IMG/VR virus record: IMGVR_UViG_3300020201_000026
Location: 1-54,968 of that record
Length of the DNA stretch: 54,968 nt
Origin: a virus
Taxonomy: Duplodnaviria; Caudoviricetes
Reading direction: 5' to 3' (one strand)
Shown here piece after piece: positions 34,353 through 44,664 of the stretch (the stretch's first letter is position 1; each line of letters opens with the position of its first letter). A program made the position numbers and the translations under genes. A model generated the notes under the pieces. The model had not been told where the DNA came from and did no database searches. It was given only the letters and a program-made list of their open reading frames with translations.

Positions 34353-36535
34353 GCAAGAAGATAAAAATGTTCCAGCGAGGAGGACTCTTAAACAGAATAG
34401 GAAGAGGCGTGTCTACTGTTGGCAACTACGTAGGGGATAATGTCAAAGGGGCGTTTGGACAAGGCATCATAGGAAACGATAGAAACAACTATGACTATGC
34501 CAACACTGCCGATAGAGCAACCTCTTATGACGGCTTGCAATACGTGCCACAAGCTCCTGTCTCCCCTTTCTTAGCAGCGTATCAAAGCAGATACAGTGCA
34601 AAAAACTTTTATGACCCAGCTAAACACACTATGGACACTTCCGCTTTTGAGAAAGACCTCAAAACATACCATATTGACAAAGAAGGGTGGATGAGCAGAA
34701 AGGAAGCGGCAACAGCAGAAATAGCAGCGTATATTGCATTACACAACACAGACGAACAAATGATGGCTCAACTGCCAATGTTTATTGTGCAACAGAAAGA
34801 CAAGCTCACAAGGGACACACAAGGGTTAGTAAACACTTATGATGAAAACCAAACAGCATATAAAAAATATGTAAGTGAAGGAAAGCACGGGATACAATAC
34901 CGCGACAATGGAGAAAGCTATTTCACAAGAACAGAGAAGCAATTGGTAAACGGAGTAGAAAAAAATGTTAGAATAGTAAGACCACAGTCAGAAATATTAA
35001 ATCGTTTAGGAAGCCTAAGTGGCTGGAAGGCAGCAACTCCAAGAGACCTACAGGAAAGCTACGAGTACATAAACCCAGAAAACCCTCTTCACTCCAAAAA
35101 GATGATGGTCAATCTTAACGACAGAGACACTGCCCTTACGAGAATGCAAGCCTACTTTAAAGATGCAGAAACAAACAGCAAAGCAGAAGCTATAGCAGGG
35201 TCATACCGCCAAGCAAACATAGGGGGATACAACTCAGACATGGTTATATTCCATAACACTTCTTCAAAAGTAATAAATGAAAACAACTTCAAACAAATAG
35301 AAGAGGCAACTAAAGAAATAAACCAATTAGACCCTGTTATTAGAGACGGGTTAATGAGTGCTTTTTACTCAGAGATGAAAGCTATAATAAATGTCCCAGT
35401 GTATGACAAAGACGGAAATGCAATAACAACAGAAGAGAACGGAGTAAAAGGAGTAAAACTTCAAGCAACAAAGATTGAAGACATGAACAATGCTCAGTTG
35501 GCATTTGCCCAAAGTGCGTATATAGCAAATGCTATAATCAGAAGAGCAGCAGTTAATACAACGGAGAAAACCGACCAAAACAAAAGTTCTTCCGTAAATA
35601 TGGCAGCCATTGTTCACGGGGCTGGAAGTGGAGCAGCGTTATTAGAAAAACAAAAAAGGGATAGAGTAACAGACCTTTCAGACATGGTTGAAAACGGGCA
35701 AAAAGTACGAACTGCCGACACTATCGCCGCAAGATTGTTTGGGCAAGATTTTACAAAAAGATTTGGAGAAAACTCTGTGTGGCAAGTTAAAAAACCCTTA
35801 CTCAAAAGTGCCTCAACGGGGGCAACAATAACGGAAGATATAATTGGAAGCGCAGCAATAACATGGGACGGGACTATACTTAACAAAAACGGGATTAAAC
35901 TTGTATTAACGAAAGACGGAAAAAGAGTAGAAGGCAATGACATAACTAAAAACGTGCATCGTTTGGGGCAAAATATTATGACTACTACTGTTTATACAGA
36001 CGAATCAGGAGAGGAAATAAACTATAGCGACAAGATGTATGCTGTAATTCAAGCGGCTATAAGCGGAAATGAAAAAGCGAGAGAGGCATTGAAAGAACAT
36101 GGTATTAAAACACAACAAATAACAGGAATGGAAGTTTACGCTTTAAAGATGGGAGAAATAGGGACAACCATAAAAGGAGGGGTAATTATACCAAACAGTT
36201 CTACTGAAGGGCAAGAAATACTAAAACAACAGTTAGCCCTACACTCCTATTTAGGACCTACTCACGCATCAGTTGTAGCTCTTAAAGGGGCATTGACAGG
36301 AGACAGTGGTTCTACAGTTGTGCTTACAAGAGATTTCTTAACAGGAAAAACTCCCCCTTTATCTACCTATTTTGGAAGTGGTACTCTGTTTACCGACAAC
36401 AACAACGCAACTCTATACCCCACTGAAGAACAAGGAGTTATTCCTAAACGACAAGAGGGAGGAACAATACAACAACAAATCACTCTGCAACAACAAAACA
36501 CCCTGCCAGATATAACCTTAGACGATTTATACTAA
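34349..36535 (+). CDS. internal virion cargo protein
   Basis: MFQRGG at the N-terminus and RQEGG near the C-terminus; lies in the cargo block. Confidence 0.6.
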   Translation: MSKKIKMFQRGGLLNRIGRGVSTVGNYVGDNVKGAFGQGIIGNDRNNYDYANTADRATSYDGLQYVPQAPVSPFLAAYQSRYSAKNFYDPAKHTMDTSAFEKDLKTYHIDKEGWMSRKEAATAEIAAYIALHNTDEQMMAQLPMFIVQQKDKLTRDTQGLVNTYDENQTAYKKYVSEGKHGIQYRDNGESYFTRTEKQLVNGVEKNVRIVRPQSEILNRLGSLSGWKAATPRDLQESYEYINPENPLHSKKMMVNLNDRDTALTRMQAYFKDAETNSKAEAIAGSYRQANIGGYNSDMVIFHNTSSKVINENNFKQIEEATKEINQLDPVIRDGLMSAFYSEMKAIINVPVYDKDGNAITTEENGVKGVKLQATKIEDMNNAQLAFAQSAYIANAIIRRAAVNTTEKTDQNKSSSVNMAAIVHGAGSGAALLEKQKRDRVTDLSDMVENGQKVRTADTIAARLFGQDFTKRFGENSVWQVKKPLLKSASTGATITEDIIGSAAITWDGTILNKNGIKLVLTKDGKRVEGNDITKNVHRLGQNIMTTTVYTDESGEEINYSDKMYAVIQAAISGNEKAREALKEHGIKTQQITGMEVYALKMGEIGTTIKGGVIIPNSSTEGQEILKQQLALHSYLGPTHASVVALKGALTGDSGSTVVLTRDFLTGKTPPLSTYFGSGTLFTDNNNATLYPTEEQGVIPKRQEGGTIQQQITLQQQNTLPDITLDDLY

Positions 36536-39500
36536 TGGACGAATTAAAACTACCATACAACGTTAATGCTTTTAAAGGCGGAGATGAACAACCAATGATT
36601 CCTGTTCTTCCCGATACACCAGCATACGCAAATACCTTTGCCCCTGCAATAGAAGAAGAACAAAAGAACAAACACGATGTCCTAAGACAAGAATCACTAA
36701 ATGTAAATAGAAGTGTAGGATATGACGGGTCATACAAAGGCACTATATACTCCGACACAATGCGCAAAAGGCTGGAGGAAAGAGACGGAATGATAGGCTC
36801 TTTTATCTATCCAGATGCTTTAAAGACACCAGACTACGACTTCCGAATAGAAGACATAGAAAAATACTGGGCAAAAAAGGAGATACAAGACAAGTTCAAA
36901 AAGGAAGACGGCACAACAGATAGAAAAGCATTTGACAAATATTTTTTTGAAGTTCAGAAAACAATTAAAGGGTTACAAGACTTTCGTAGGTTTCAAGACG
37001 TAGTTCAAGAGTACGACCCTCTCAAAAACCTAACAGAAAGAGACTTAGAAGCAAGAAAAAGGTTTATGCCTACCCTTGTGCGTAAAACAAGCTACCGAGA
37101 TGAAAGTCTAACGCTACAACACCAACTGCTAAACGAAGGCAAGATAGTAGACCTAAAAGGAAAACCAGTAGCGTATAACGGAAACTACTTTGGGGCATCA
37201 GACAAAGGAGTTTCTTATTCTGAGTTAGTAGGCAGAGGCTTTCACGTAGCAGTACAAGACGGTGAGAAAGTATTAAAAGAAGGAGCTTGGGGAAAAGACT
37301 TAAGTTTAGAAGACCGACTCGGCTACTGGGGTGTTTCAAGAATGGACAAAGCAGACTGGGCAGACGCAACATACATTATAGGAGGGGTCTTTAACGGGCT
37401 TTTGTCTACTGTATCTAACGTAACCCAAATTGCACAAATAGCCTCTGAAGTAGTAGGGGCTTCTATGCGTTTGACAGGCATGAGCAAGGACAACGCAGAG
37501 TATGTGTCAGGCTACAACATGTTCACAGGGACTAACAACTTTGTAGAACGCGTTATGGTAAACAAGTACGAAGGAAATGACGGCAATCTAAGACACTACG
37601 GGGACATAATAGGGAATGCCACAGGACAGCTGGGGGGTATGTTTCTTACAGGAGGACTTGGTATAGGAACTTGGGCAGCAGCTAAAACACTTATGGCAAC
37701 TCGCAGCGCAGCTAAAATGGCACTGTTGGCTACTAACCTCATTAAACCTTCTACTGGTCCAGCGGTTGTAAACTTATTAAGGTCTGCTAATCCTTTATAC
37801 CAACGAGTTGGGCTTGCTCTTAATCTCGGGGTATTAGGGGCAAACCAAACAATGGACGCAATGAGGCATAGCGGCATAGACATAAAGTACAGAGGACCAA
37901 TGGGGATTGCAGCACTATCTGTCTTTGGCGTATTAGCACAAGTAGATGACTTTCTAATTGGCAAGAACTCTACACAATACTTTCTTAGCAAAGTGGGATT
38001 GTTAAACACTCCTGCTGTATTAGCTAAGAGCTTGGTGGATATGGTTACCCCTCTTAAAGGAGTATTGAACACTATGACAGAAAGAGAAGCCTCTAAGCTG
38101 TTTGTTTCATTAAGTGAAAAAGCGTACCAAAAAGTTATCCGCAGCCTTACAGGGAATGCAGGAGTTGGACAAGCAGTAAAAGAAACTTTCCAAGAGCTTA
38201 TGGAGGAAGGAGCAGACAAAGCACTGTTAAACTTATACAATCAACTTCCCGAGAAAACATACGGCAAAGTAAGAAAAGAACACGCAGCGGTCAAGTTTCA
38301 AAACTTTGTTGACGCAGCTGTTGGTGGTGCTGCTGGTGGTGCTATTTCTGGGACAGCCCAACGAATGATTCAAGGAGACACCTCTAAAGAAGGCGAGACA
38401 GTCTTAGATGTCATTGTAGACGAGTCTTCGTACAAGAAGACTATGGCTATGTTAGTGGAACAAGCTGACGACACTAACAGAAGCAAGAAATGGTTGTTTT
38501 CTTCTATTGACATAGATGACAAAGGGGAGTTGATTAAAAAAGGGGCATTGACAAAGTCTGCCAACGCAACAACAGCTGACTTGATGATACACAATATGAA
38601 AGTATTGAAAAAGACGTGGACGGCTTTTAAGACTACATACAAGGACAAAACAAAAAGCTATCAGGCGATGTCAAAAGAGTTTAAGGAGTTAATAGCCCAA
38701 AACCCTGACGACACCAATTTATTTAGCTTTTTAGCAGGCAAGAAGTTTAAAGACCAGTTGTCTAAGGTTAAAATAGGCGAAGAAGATGAAACCGCAAATA
38801 AGGAGATACAAGAAGGATTGAACACTATACTTGTAGACGATGCTGATAGTATAAAAAGAGAGTTCTTTGACAAAATGTTTTACTTAGCAAAAGGAGGGGA
38901 CACTACCTACTATGACGAGTATAACAGACTGAATGTTGATGTTATCACAAGAAACTTCAACAATATGCAAGAAAGGGTCGCTACTCTTCCTGCTATAACC
39001 GACCTTAATTCTACCCTTGACTTCTTAAATCAAACAGAAGGAGTAGCAGAAAAAGGACAAATAGAAAAAGCTACTTCTTTCATTGAACAAACGAATAAAC
39101 AGCTTTTAGAAGGAAGACAAACACTAACAGAGGAATCCGCCCTGAACAATACTCTCTCAGAAACAGTGGAAAACACTAAAGCAAAGGTAGAAGGGACATT
39201 AGGGAATGACGAAGAAGCAGACATAAACCCGTTTTTAGAAGATATTTTTTCAGCAGTAGATAAGTATTCCCATTTCTTAGCGTCAGAAGTTAGAAGGGCA
39301 ATTGAAGAAGAAGACATAGATGCAAAACTAAGTGTGATAGCATTAGTTGAAGATTTTTCGGCAAACAAAAAAATAGCTTTGGAAGCCCAAGTACAAGACG
39401 CTACTGAACAAGAACAAAAGCTGGCGGCTTACGGGAATAAGCTAAAGTCTTTAAAAGACATAACAGACCAATCGGTTATGGCAGATGTAAACAAAGAAAT

Positions 39501-42126
39501 ATACTTCTCCCCTATTGAGATAGACGGAGTACGATTTAACATAAAAGACATTGAAGCCAAAGCAAGCGAAGATGTTCAAGATAAAGACTTTGGAATATCC
39601 GAATATGCCGAAATGGAACAGGCGTTTCAGACATATAGGGCAATTAAACAACACCAGATACTCTACAACAACCTAACAGGAGCTAAAGTAAATGAATACC
39701 TAAAAGGGAATAAGACAGATTTAGTGCCTGCTATAACAGAAGAACAAGCAAAAGAATACACGGCATACCTTGCGAAAGTAGAAACAGACTTAGCCAAGCT
39801 AAAAGCGTTGGCAATAAGCAATGAAAGCAGTTTTGTTAAAAACAACTTTAACAGTTCAATAGGTGTGTTTTCAGATAAGCTCAGTAGAATCTCACGTATC
39901 ACTTTTGTAGACCCAAAAACAGAAGAGGATATAAAAGAGATACAATCTCAATTAGGGGCATACATAGATGCTACAGCAGCGTTAGACCACATGGACGATG
40001 TTTTAGTTGACGAGCTTTCTAAAATAGAAGCAGGGTTGTTTACAGCTATTTCAGCGATAGAAGAGTCAATATTTAAAAGCTACAAAACCAACACTGCTGA
40101 AGTAGACACCGCCCTAAAAAACATTGCCGTTAGGTTAGCTCAGGCTGACTCAGCTTCAGCCGCAGAAGAAAGAGACGCTAAGATAGAAGAGCTGCGTACT
40201 TTCAACTACCTGCATCAGATAGCTACAGTAAGCACAACGGAAACCAACAAACAACTTTGGCTGGCTATTGCCGAGTTAAACAAAATAGACAAGTACTTCT
40301 TTCCTTCTTTTGAGCAAATATACGCTTTACAAAGAATGTATATGAGTATTTCCGCTTCTCAAAAAGGGCAAGAAATGCTAATTGCAAACGGGGTAACAGA
40401 AGTAGCTAACACGGTGATTATCCTAAATGGCTTTAATGGAACAGGCAAAACTAAAACAATGTCTTTGTTTAAGACAATGGTTAATGGAAAGCTCAAGTAC
40501 TTTGCTCATAGTGAAAAACAAAACGAAAATCTTTCTAAACTGACAGCTGGAAAAGGTAGCTTTCTGTTTTCAGAGAAAGGTAAAAAAAACGACTACACTA
40601 TTGTCCCAAGCACAGACCCCACTGACACAGACAGTATTACCCCTACGGAAGAGTCAAAACTAAATAAAGCTTTATCAGGGTTGAAAAAAGGCGACGTGTT
40701 AGTTGTAGACGAGTACACTATGTCTGCAACAAAAGGGTTGAAGATGATATTAAAAGAGGCAAAGGACATCGGGTTTCATGTTGTGTTGATAGGCGACACT
40801 GGGCAAGCTACTACAAATGCTACCAGTTACACCCCAAGAGGCAATCTCACAAACGTTTTTGCTTTGACAGACTCTACTGTCCCTTTGAAGCTACAACAAA
40901 GGGGGGGCATTGTTACAATACGAAAGGCAACGGACTACTTCAGGGGACTGCAAGCGGTGTTAGAAACCCAGAAAGGCGTTGTGGAGGCAGAGCAAGTGGA
41001 TAAGATGCAGGAGCTAATTGAGAAGCTGCCTCCTTTTTATTATCAGGAACACACTGTGGAGGGTTTCACAGAAGGCATTTCGGTAGTAAGCACATTAGAA
41101 GAAGCAGAAGCACTTGTGAAAGGTAGAGAGGTTATTAAAATAGGGCATAGGGCAAGTGGGGACACTATGAGTGTTATGACGGCTCAAGGGTCTGAGGCGG
41201 AAGTAGTAATAATTGACTTGGGTACTTCTTTGACGAATGGAGAAATAAATGTTTTAGATTCAATCCCCTTTTACTTTTCTGTATCAGAACACTTTAAAAA
41301 GCTACTGTCTGCTTCTGGCAGGGCAAAGACGCATTTGATTATTATACAACCTGCTAATGACTTGTTGCAGGGCAAGTTCAAAAAGGTATCTGGGAAGGTT
41401 TCTGAGTTTAGTGAAAAGGAAGAAACGAGAAAGACCTTACACGAAAAGGGGACTTCGGCATTTGAGTCTTACAATACAGTTCCTGTTGTTTCTGCTACAC
41501 CTGTTGTTGCTCCTGTTGTTTCTGCTACACCTGTTGTTGATACAGATACTGATACAGATACAGATACAGATACTGAAGCTGATACTGAAGCTGATACTGA
41601 AGCTGATGCCTCTAACAACAATTTGTTTTTGGCAGGAGTGAGGCAACTGTTAGACGCGTATAAAGGGCGCATTACCTACCCTGTTACAGACTTCGTTATA
41701 AACGTAGACAACACGGTTACTATTATGCTTAGAGGATTAGAAGAACAAACAATAGATATAAACGCCTCTTTTATTGAGGCGTTAAGAAAGACCACTGAGG
41801 TTATCTCCTGTTCTTTATTGACAACAGAAGGAGGGCTTGATTCCAAGACGGCAGTAGAAGTCTACACTGATTTAACTGGAAACACAATAATCATAGGAGC
41901 AGACGGGACTATAGACGCAAACAGTGATATGTACTATGTAATAAACAACATCGCACACACACATGAAAACGGAGGCTTTAGAGAAGTGTTAGATGCTGAC
42001 GGAAAAGCTTTTGAAATAGACGACACCGCAACGGACAACTATGACAAAATTGCAAAATGCACGGTTGTTGGAACAAAACCCCCAGAAGGAAAAGGAAACA
42101 GAAACGAAAGCAAATTAAAACTATAA
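36535..42126 (+). CDS. giant cargo protein with hydrophobic segments and a C-terminal SF1 (RecD/UvrD-like) helicase domain
   Basis: GFNGTGKT, VLVVDEY, LIGDTGQ, QQR, TAQGSE, SASGRAK; several Gly/Ala-rich hydrophobic helices at about aa 280-610. Confidence 0.8.
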   Translation: MDELKLPYNVNAFKGGDEQPMIPVLPDTPAYANTFAPAIEEEQKNKHDVLRQESLNVNRSVGYDGSYKGTIYSDTMRKRLEERDGMIGSFIYPDALKTPDYDFRIEDIEKYWAKKEIQDKFKKEDGTTDRKAFDKYFFEVQKTIKGLQDFRRFQDVVQEYDPLKNLTERDLEARKRFMPTLVRKTSYRDESLTLQHQLLNEGKIVDLKGKPVAYNGNYFGASDKGVSYSELVGRGFHVAVQDGEKVLKEGAWGKDLSLEDRLGYWGVSRMDKADWADATYIIGGVFNGLLSTVSNVTQIAQIASEVVGASMRLTGMSKDNAEYVSGYNMFTGTNNFVERVMVNKYEGNDGNLRHYGDIIGNATGQLGGMFLTGGLGIGTWAAAKTLMATRSAAKMALLATNLIKPSTGPAVVNLLRSANPLYQRVGLALNLGVLGANQTMDAMRHSGIDIKYRGPMGIAALSVFGVLAQVDDFLIGKNSTQYFLSKVGLLNTPAVLAKSLVDMVTPLKGVLNTMTEREASKLFVSLSEKAYQKVIRSLTGNAGVGQAVKETFQELMEEGADKALLNLYNQLPEKTYGKVRKEHAAVKFQNFVDAAVGGAAGGAISGTAQRMIQGDTSKEGETVLDVIVDESSYKKTMAMLVEQADDTNRSKKWLFSSIDIDDKGELIKKGALTKSANATTADLMIHNMKVLKKTWTAFKTTYKDKTKSYQAMSKEFKELIAQNPDDTNLFSFLAGKKFKDQLSKVKIGEEDETANKEIQEGLNTILVDDADSIKREFFDKMFYLAKGGDTTYYDEYNRLNVDVITRNFNNMQERVATLPAITDLNSTLDFLNQTEGVAEKGQIEKATSFIEQTNKQLLEGRQTLTEESALNNTLSETVENTKAKVEGTLGNDEEADINPFLEDIFSAVDKYSHFLASEVRRAIEEEDIDAKLSVIALVEDFSANKKIALEAQVQDATEQEQKLAAYGNKLKSLKDITDQSVMADVNKEIYFSPIEIDGVRFNIKDIEAKASEDVQDKDFGISEYAEMEQAFQTYRAIKQHQILYNNLTGAKVNEYLKGNKTDLVPAITEEQAKEYTAYLAKVETDLAKLKALAISNESSFVKNNFNSSIGVFSDKLSRISRITFVDPKTEEDIKEIQSQLGAYIDATAALDHMDDVLVDELSKIEAGLFTAISAIEESIFKSYKTNTAEVDTALKNIAVRLAQADSASAAEERDAKIEELRTFNYLHQIATVSTTETNKQLWLAIAELNKIDKYFFPSFEQIYALQRMYMSISASQKGQEMLIANGVTEVANTVIILNGFNGTGKTKTMSLFKTMVNGKLKYFAHSEKQNENLSKLTAGKGSFLFSEKGKKNDYTIVPSTDPTDTDSITPTEESKLNKALSGLKKGDVLVVDEYTMSATKGLKMILKEAKDIGFHVVLIGDTGQATTNATSYTPRGNLTNVFALTDSTVPLKLQQRGGIVTIRKATDYFRGLQAVLETQKGVVEAEQVDKMQELIEKLPPFYYQEHTVEGFTEGISVVSTLEEAEALVKGREVIKIGHRASGDTMSVMTAQGSEAEVVIIDLGTSLTNGEINVLDSIPFYFSVSEHFKKLLSASGRAKTHLIIIQPANDLLQGKFKKVSGKVSEFSEKEETRKTLHEKGTSAFESYNTVPVVSATPVVAPVVSATPVVDTDTDTDTDTDTEADTEADTEADASNNNLFLAGVRQLLDAYKGRITYPVTDFVINVDNTVTIMLRGLEEQTIDINASFIEALRKTTEVISCSLLTTEGGLDSKTAVEVYTDLTGNTIIIGADGTIDANSDMYYVINNIAHTHENGGFREVLDADGKAFEIDDTATDNYDKIAKCTVVGTKPPEGKGNRNESKLKL
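41481..41607 (+). repeat. in-frame tandem repeats encoding a PVVSAT/DT/DTEA linker
   Basis: 30-bp unit x~2, GATAC(A/T) hexamers and 12-bp GATACTGAAGCT x3. Confidence 0.9.
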
Positions 42127-42129
42127 AAA

Positions 42130-44664
42130 ATGGCTAATTGTAGCATAAAACCACAAGTCCAAGAAAGTATTAAAAGAGCAACACACGTAAAAAACATCTT
42201 AGAAGGACAGATAGCGTCAGACAGTGTAGATTTTACAAACCTGCTTATCGCTTTTGCCGCTTACGGGTTTCCCTCATTAGAAGGTCGCGTGAAGATAGAG
42301 TCAAAATACGCAAGTTCTTTTTACTTACCTGGAATGATAGACGATATACAAGTCTCAACAGGGGCAACTTTTGCAAAGGTTAAAGATTTCCTCAATAGCG
42401 AAGACCCAAGAGCGATAAAACTCCTTGAAAAATCAGATGCTTTTTACGACCACCTTAAAGCTTTCAACAACAAGGACGACATAGAGTTGTTTGAGAAGAT
42501 AAAGAACTGGATAGCTTTAAACCGCACAGGGGTTACAACCATTGTCCCTGTTGATTATGCAGACGCAGATATCATAGTGCAGCAACCACTTGATTTTACA
42601 AGCAGAGTGCAAATGATGAGCCACATCATAGACACTATTGAAGACTCTACTTTAAGAGCTAAGGCAGCAGTGTTCCTTGACTATATAAGCACAGGGAACA
42701 TTAATGCCCTAATAGACAAGGAACAAGCCACAGGCACTGACTTTGTAAGTAAACTGTCTAATGCTGTGAAGAACCAAACAAGAGTCCCCGTACAAGTGAG
42801 AACAGAGCTTGTTATGGAAGGAGGCATTACAGTTGCTAAACACAAGGTGTATATGGGAGATGAGCTAATAGGAACATTACAAGACCCTGCTCTGTTTCAA
42901 CACGCTAACACCAATGAACTCAAACAGACACACGACAAGGCTGTAGAGATGTGGGGACTTGAACACGTAGAAAAAAGATTAGCTGCGTTTGGCAATGCTA
43001 TTGCTGAATTACACCGAATCAAAACAGTCAGCTTGGAATTAGTCGGCTTAGGCAAAGGTAACTTCACACACAACAAAAAGAATACTTTTTTAACAGGTAT
43101 CACATTGTCAAGTCTTCAAACAGACGAATACAAAAGCAATTTGCCTGCTAACCTTGAAATAGGAAAAAAAGTACTAATAGACTGGTCTAAGTGGCGAATG
43201 ATAGCTGGAATAAAGATGTCCCAAAAAGAACGAAAAGAGCTATCTGGATTTGTTGAAAAAATAGGGGGCATAACTGAGTTAATGAACGCGACAGAAACTA
43301 CAGTACAAGATGTAGACATTGCTCTTTTAAAAAAGTACCAGCAGTACTACGAAGAAAACAAATCATACCTAAAGCCCTTTGTGGTTTATTCTTTTACAGG
43401 GCAGGACTTAGAACCCCCTACTATTACTCCTAACCAGTTAGTTTCTCAGTACTACGAAAACTTGTTGGAGTTTATGGATAAAAGAGGGCGGATAATGTTA
43501 GACACTCCGTCTTTTACTTTTTCCGAGCTAATGAAAAAGTTTAGCACGAACTCCCCTATTAAACAGTATATTGACGAGTTGCAAGAAAGCGATAAGGAAG
43601 TAGATAAAAACGTGAACAGAGCCAAGTTAGGCTTTGCGTTTGTTTCTTCAGCAAGCACCCACAAGACATTAGAGACAATGCAATCACTGGTAACCAGTAA
43701 CCGTATAAAGGTTTTCAATACTGACAAAGACGGGGTACATAGAAACTCTTTTGCAGTAGCTATGACAGCAGACGTAAATGGCGATTCTTCAAGCCCAAAG
43801 TCAATCTTGGAAATGCTTAAGGAAACAATAAAAGAAGGTAACTTTGACAGTAAACTTGGTCATTCATCAATTGGAGGAATCCTTAGTTCAGACGGTGCTT
43901 TTAGTCTAAAACAGGACGATGAGATATTAACCCATCTTTTTTCTTTTCTACCGCTGGTAAAAGTAGGTAAAAAATACAAACACGCTTTAGACTATTTGTT
44001 TCAAGAACTTGCTGATTTCAATGAAGACTATAAGAAGTTTTCTAATGAAACACTCAAAGGGGGCAAAAACATAACGGATTATTTGTTCAGTAAAAGGGCA
44101 TCTCCTGCAAACATAATCAACAGAATGGTCGTTATGAAAGTAGGGGGCAAAGAAACAAGCAACCCTATCTATGACGAGCAAGGGGTGTTTGTTACAGTAG
44201 CCAGAAGGATAGGAACAAAGGCAGAGGAAATATTTGAGATAGAAAAGGCTTTAAAACGGAACAATAAAGACGTTGAAATGAGGTATCAAGCTAATGCTCT
44301 TTTACAAAAGGACAGTGGCAAAGCGGCTATAAAAAACCAAAACAGTGTAGGGGGCTTTGCTATTGTGGAAAGTGCCAAAATGGCTAAGTTAGGAATAGAG
44401 TACACTGTTCCGTCAATCCCTACTGAACCAAACATTTTATTAAGCGTTAAAGAGAGTAACCCTGTGGCGGCTGAAAGAACTACAATGGAAACTTTTCAAA
44501 ACATAGTAGCCCACAAAGAGGTGTCTTCTACAATAAAAAAAGCAGTACAAGTATATATAGATATAAACGACACATCTCCTAAAGCTATTGCAGACGTTGA
44601 CGAACTTCTTTTAGAGGAGTTTGAAGACAGAGACCAAATCCCCCCACTTTGTAACGTTACATAA
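42130..44664 (+). CDS. large virion protein adjacent to the RNA polymerase
   Basis: 844 aa, TAATG-coupled to the RNAP gene; no motif recognised. Confidence 0.6.
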   Translation: MANCSIKPQVQESIKRATHVKNILEGQIASDSVDFTNLLIAFAAYGFPSLEGRVKIESKYASSFYLPGMIDDIQVSTGATFAKVKDFLNSEDPRAIKLLEKSDAFYDHLKAFNNKDDIELFEKIKNWIALNRTGVTTIVPVDYADADIIVQQPLDFTSRVQMMSHIIDTIEDSTLRAKAAVFLDYISTGNINALIDKEQATGTDFVSKLSNAVKNQTRVPVQVRTELVMEGGITVAKHKVYMGDELIGTLQDPALFQHANTNELKQTHDKAVEMWGLEHVEKRLAAFGNAIAELHRIKTVSLELVGLGKGNFTHNKKNTFLTGITLSSLQTDEYKSNLPANLEIGKKVLIDWSKWRMIAGIKMSQKERKELSGFVEKIGGITELMNATETTVQDVDIALLKKYQQYYEENKSYLKPFVVYSFTGQDLEPPTITPNQLVSQYYENLLEFMDKRGRIMLDTPSFTFSELMKKFSTNSPIKQYIDELQESDKEVDKNVNRAKLGFAFVSSASTHKTLETMQSLVTSNRIKVFNTDKDGVHRNSFAVAMTADVNGDSSSPKSILEMLKETIKEGNFDSKLGHSSIGGILSSDGAFSLKQDDEILTHLFSFLPLVKVGKKYKHALDYLFQELADFNEDYKKFSNETLKGGKNITDYLFSKRASPANIINRMVVMKVGGKETSNPIYDEQGVFVTVARRIGTKAEEIFEIEKALKRNNKDVEMRYQANALLQKDSGKAAIKNQNSVGGFAIVESAKMAKLGIEYTVPSIPTEPNILLSVKESNPVAAERTTMETFQNIVAHKEVSSTIKKAVQVYIDINDTSPKAIADVDELLLEEFEDRDQIPPLCNVT

